From: Macrostomum lignano | Taxonomy: Eukaryota | Length of the DNA: 64,000 bases | NCBI GenBank assembly: GCA_002269645.1 | Contig: NIVC01000240.1 | Span: forward strand, 62,001-126,000 | Direction of reading: 5' to 3' | Shown here: positions 59,406 to 64,000 of the stretch, in pieces | Layout of the letters: the number at the start of each line of letters is the position of its first letter | Numbering within the stretch: position 1 is the stretch's first letter | Position numbers and translations under genes: made by a program | Notes under the pieces: model-generated | The model's database searches: none | What the model was told of the DNA's origin: nothing | The model's input: the letters and a program-made list of their open reading frames with translations, nothing else

Positions 59406-61512
59406 CATGAGGGGGCTCCGGCGATTGGGGATGCGCCATTCGCCCCGTAATGCGCTATCGCCCTCCTCCCGTTGCCGTTGCTATGAAAAAATAGGGCAAG
59501 TTTTTTCAGCTGATGGTCGGGGCAGGGAGGTAAGACTCCGATTCCGGTCGGAGGGAGCTGTGTTTGCCAGAGTCCACGAGGGTGATTGGCATCAGCGGGG
59601 ATGCAGGGCGCTCATCAGACTGACTGCGGATCCCTGCGTCCTGCGTTGAGCTGTTGAGCCAGTAAGGAAAGAGGGCATCAGGACTAGACAGGGGACGACG
59701 GACTAATTAAGGAGTTGGGTAAACAGCTTGCACTCTACCCTTTCCTCTATATGGCCATACTGTGTGGGAAGTCGCATTCTGAACTGCGAGTCCCGAATAG
59801 CGGTTCCTGATCGCTTGGTGCTTGAGCAGTGTGTGTGTGTAATATCAGTTTCCTTGGCCACTCCTCCAACTGCGCAAGTGGAAAGCGAATTCTGCTCGGG
59901 CAGAATTCTCTACTAAACCAGAAGTGAAACCAATTAAGTGGCTAAGAGAGCAAAATGTATGCAAATTAGACTGGCCGCATGGAAGAACAGGAGCACAATG
60001 TAAGGGTTAGGTTTTCCTCAGTAGCTATCTGCGTATTACCCCACAGAATTGGCGCTGGCCCCATTTTTTGCACTCTTTATTATTACTGATAGCCATTAGT
60101 GACTATTGGCGCTGCAGCCAAGCCACTGCTGTGTGCGCGGTTTGCTCCGGCAAAGAAAATTGCGCGTCAGATCCTGGCAAGCATCTGGGCAGAGTGGAGC
60201 ACTGGCGAAACTGATGCAGAGATGGGTAAAGAGCACAGGCCCCAGAGGGAGTATACTAGAAACTGCGGCTGGGTGTTGAGAGCGCTACTGCCAGCTGCCT
60301 GGTATATGGCGAATTTATTCGCCCTAAGGTTAAGCCAAAACGCATTGAAACACAGCCAGCCAGCCAGTTCGGGGGCAAAGCGCTACTAGGGAGGGGCAGA
60401 GAGCTGACAAAGTGCAACCTCGAAGTTGGTTCAGCTAGATTTGTCAGCGCCGCCCCCAGCTTCCTCTCTGCGCATCCCACTCTACCCTTCAGGCCGGTCT
60501 TTCCCCACCTTCATCTGGGCTAAAAAAATTTGGATCAGACCCGGCTGGCTCTTTTTCTGTTGCTTTTTTAGAGTAGCGATATCGCTAGAATCCAGGCCCC
60601 TAAAACGGAGGGACCGCCTATGTACCGAGAGCGGAAATTGAAAAAGCGGTCTCATTTGCACAAAGAAGCCGCAGCCGCCGCGAGCTAACTGCAATCCATT
60701 TTAGCTAAGACGCGTATTGCATCTTTTGCAGCTAGCTGGAAAGATGAAAGCAGCTGTAGCCCACTGAACCCATCGGCCTTTTCGACACGGCGCGCTGGCG
60801 CTCGGAGCTCGGCGTTGCTGGCGGACTGCGCGAGGTTTTCTATGCGTCGGGATAATTTCAGACAATTTAGGTCGGCCCCGGAGGGAAGCTCTGGCGGACC
60901 GTTTCTGCGTCCTCATCCGATTCTCCCTGTGTGTGTGTGTGTGTGTGTTCCCATCGAATTCCCGTCCCCTGGAGAAGCTCATTGCATCAATTATTATGCA
61001 GAACTTGATCCAAATCGCAAAGCCCCCCCCCCGGCTCGGCACTGAGCCTGCCGCCACTAGCTGCTGCCGGCCCGGCTGTTCGTGGCGGCCGAAGAGGAGA
61101 AGTCAGGGGCCTGGGGAAGGGGGGAGGCGGTCGCTCGATCGCTCTCGCAGTCCGGCCAAACTCGGGAGCTGGCGGCACTCAAACTCGGGCAGTTCTCGTC
61201 ATTCTCGACAGTGCAGTCTGCCCTGCCATGCCGATTCAACTTGTGCGACTGGGAAATCGAGCAGTTCAGCGTCCTATATTAGACTCAAGCATGGGGAACT
61301 AAAGATTGAAAGACGCTAAACTCACAATTCGTCAATAATTAATTCACTGGAGCGAGGTTTTTCACGATTAATTCACAACGCATTATCAAGACACTTCATA
61401 GGAAGTTTTGTTTTCAGTTTTTTAGCACTTACTTGACAATTTCGCACCTTTAAACCTTTGCATCACAGCAAGGGAAGTGACACATTGTCATTTTAGTGCT
61501 AAAACACTAAAG

Positions 61513-61740
61513 AGGGTTGTAGCCTAGGGGTTAGTGAGTCGGACTCACGACTTGAAGGTTGGGGGGTTCGATTCCCGATCCCACTGGAACGATTTGTTTC
61601 CTTGAGCAAGACACTTAACTCTGTATTGCTTCAATTCACCCAGCTGTAAAATGGGTGCCAGCATTAGCTGGGGTAATTGAGGGTGTGTGGCGACCTCCCA
61701 GTCCTTGGACTGAACAGCCGTACGCAGCCTTCAGATGCAC
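61513..61740 (+). mobile_element. tRNA-derived CORE-SINE-like element
   Basis: A box TAGCCTAGGGG (61520-61530), B box GGTTCGATTCC (61565-61575), then TCCTTGAGCAAGACACTTAACTC...CAGCTGTAAAATGGG resembling the MIR/CORE domain. Confidence 0.7.
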
Positions 61741-61789
61741 CGCGCCTCACAACCATGGCGCTATTTAATTTGACTGTGCGCCAGTAACA

Positions 61790-64000
61790 GAGGCGCCAAA
61801 GCTACTGCAAGGGGCGCCAGTTCCATAAGCGCCAAAGATACTTCAAGGGGCGCCAGTTCCATAAGCGCCAAAGCTACTTCAAGGGGCGCCAGTTCCATAA
61901 GCGCCAAAGCTACTTCAAGTGGAACCAGTTCCATAAGCGCCAAAGCTACTTCAAGGGGCGCCAGTTCCATAAGCGCCAAAGCTACTTCAAGTGGAACCAG
62001 TTCCATAAGCGCCAAAGCTACTTCAAGGGGCGCCAGTTCCATATGCGCCAAAGCTACTTCAAGGGGCGCCAGTTCCATAAGCGCCAAAGCTACTTCAAGG
62101 GGCGCCAGTTCCATAAGCGCCAAAGCTACTTCAAGTGGAACCAGTTCCATAAGCGCCAAAGCTACTTCAAGGGGCGCCAGTTCCATAAGCGCCAAAGCTA
62201 CTTCAAGTGGAACCAGTTCCATAAGCGCCAAAGCTACTTCAAGGGGCGCCAGTTCCATATGCGCCAAAGCTACTTCAAGGGGCGCCAGTTCCATAAGCGC
62301 CAAAGCTACTTCAAGGGGCGCCAGTTCCATAAGCGCCAAAGCGACTTCAAGGGGAGCCAGTTCCATAAGCGCCAAAGCTACTTCAAGGGGCGCCAGTTCC
62401 ATAAGCGCCAAAGCTACTTCAAGTGGAACCAGTTCCATAAGCGCCAAAGCTACTTCAAGGGGCGCCAGTTCCATAAGCGCCAAAGCTACTGCAACGGTCG
62501 TCAGTTCCATATGCGCCAAAGCTACTGCAAGGGGCGCCAGTTCCAAAAGCGCCAAAGCTACTACAAGGGGAGCCAGTTCCATAAGCGCCAAAGCTACTGC
62601 AAGGGGCGCCAGTTCCATAAGCGTCAAAGCTACTGCAAGGGGCGCCAGTTCCATATGCGCCAAAGCTACTACAAGGGGAGCCAGTTCCATAAGCGCCAAA
62701 GATACTGCAACGGTCGTCAGTTCCATATGCGCCAAAGCTACTGCAACGGTCGTCAGTTCCATATGCGCCAAAGCTACTGCAAGGGGCGCCAGTTCCATAA
62801 GCGCCAAAGCTACTTCAAGGGGCGCCAGTTCCATAAGCGCCAAAGCTACTTCAAGTGGAACCAGTTCCATAAGCGCCAAAGCTACTGCAAGGGGCGCCAG
62901 TTCCATAAGCGCCAAAGCTACTTCAAGTGGAACCAGTTCCATAAGCGCCAAAGCTACTTCAAGGGGCGCCAGTTCCATAAGCGCCAAAGCTACTTCAAGG
63001 GGCGCCAGTTCCATAAGCGCCAAAGCTACTTCAAGGGGCGCCAGTTCCATAAGCGCCAAAGCGACTTCAAGTGGAACCAGTTCCATAAGCGCCAAAGCTA
63101 CTTCAAGGGGCGCCAGTTCCATAAGCGCCAAAGCTACTTCAAGTGGAACCAGTTCCATAAGCGCCAAAGCTACTTCAAGGGGCGCCAGTTCCATAAGCGC
63201 CAAAGCTACTACAAGGGGCGCCAGTTCCATAAGCGCCAAAGCTACTGCAACGGTTGTCAGTTCCATATGCGCCAAAGCTACTGCAAGGGGCGCCAGTTCC
63301 ATAAGCGCCAAAGCTACTACAAGGGGAGCCAGTTCCATAAGCGCCAAAGCTACTGCAAGGGGCGCCAGTTCCATAAGCGTCAAAGCTACTGCAAGGGGCG
63401 CCAGTTCCATATGCGCCAAAGCTACTGCAACGGTCGTCAGTTCCATAAGCGCCAAAGCTACTGCAACGGTCGTCAGTTCCATATGCGCCAAAGCTACTGC
63501 AACGGTCGTCAGTTCCATATGCGCCAAAGCTACTTCAAGGGGCGCCAGTTCCATAAGCGCCAAAGCTACTTCAAGGGGCGCCAGTTCCATAAGCGCCAAA
63601 GCTACTTTAAGTGGAACCAGTTCCATAAGCGCCAAAGCTACTGCAAGGGGCGCCAGTTCCATAAGCGCCAAAGCTACTTCAAGTGGAACCAGTTCCATAA
63701 GCGCCAAAGCTACTGCAAGGGGCGCCAGTTCCATAAGCGCCAAAGCTACTTCAAGTGGAACCAGTTCCATAAGCGCCAAAGCTACTTCAAGGGGCGCCAG
63801 TTCCATATGCGCCAAAGCTACTTCAAGGGGCGCCAGTTCCAAAAGCGCCAAAGCTACTTCAAGGGGCGCCAGTTCCATAAGCGCCAAAGCTACTTCAAGT
63901 GGAACCAGTTCCATAAGCGCCAAAGCTACTTCAAGGGGCGCCAGTTCCATAAGCGCCAAAGCTACTTCAAGTGGAACCAGTTCCATAAGCGCCAAAGCTA
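61790..64000. repeat. 36-bp minisatellite (GGGGCGCCAGTTCCATAAGCGCCAAAGCTACTTCAA), at least ~61 copies, runs off the window end
   Basis: Directly visible. The 744-aa ORF is its 12-aa periodic translation. Confidence 0.95.

Noticed and set aside
61057-61275. Cys-containing minus-strand frame (TLNCSISQSH...DCTVENDENCP) as an upstream exon of the membrane protein
   Set aside because: Ends in a stop with no convincing donor and no recognisable domain.
61761-63995. 744-aa hydrophobic repeat protein (minus strand)
   Set aside because: Pure 36-bp repeat translation with no unique domain; not accepted as CDS without expression data.

Overview
Eukaryotic (animal) genomic DNA, not prokaryotic. It has GT-AG spliced genes, GC-rich exons, minisatellite-filled introns and many transposons. 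An EF-hand/dynein-light-chain 'TAL' gene and splice acceptors abutting start codons suggest a flatworm, possibly a Macrostomum-like free-living species (inference only). Host genes reconstructed by eye: a CTD-small-phosphatase (SCP/NIF)-like gene with an altered catalytic motif (partial, +), an intronless 960-aa ER thioredoxin-fold protein ending HEEL (-), INTS4 (+), a TMEM243-like gene (+), alanine aminotransferase (-, 5 coding exons), a TAL-like gene (+), a cytosolic sulfotransferase (+), and probable exons of a single-pass membrane protein (-). Mobile DNA: a full-length young Ty3/Gypsy element (50878-59405; LTRs, CATG TSD, tRNA-Lys PBS, PPT, -1 frameshift signal), a frameshifted mariner with a nested MITE inside a larger foldback-like structure, a deleted Harbinger, decayed Gypsy, RTE and RNaseH-LINE fragments, two tRNA-derived SINEs and hAT-like MITEs. 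Two observations stand out. (1) The ~6-kb intron of the TMEM243-like gene consists entirely of ~125-130 tandem GT...CACTAAC...CAG units, each a complete mini-intron, suggesting possible recursive/ratchet splicing. (2) Multi-kb CpG-free domains sit just 5' of housekeeping CDSs, including ~2.4 kb with no CpG seen. All coordinates and counts were read by eye and may be off by a few bases.
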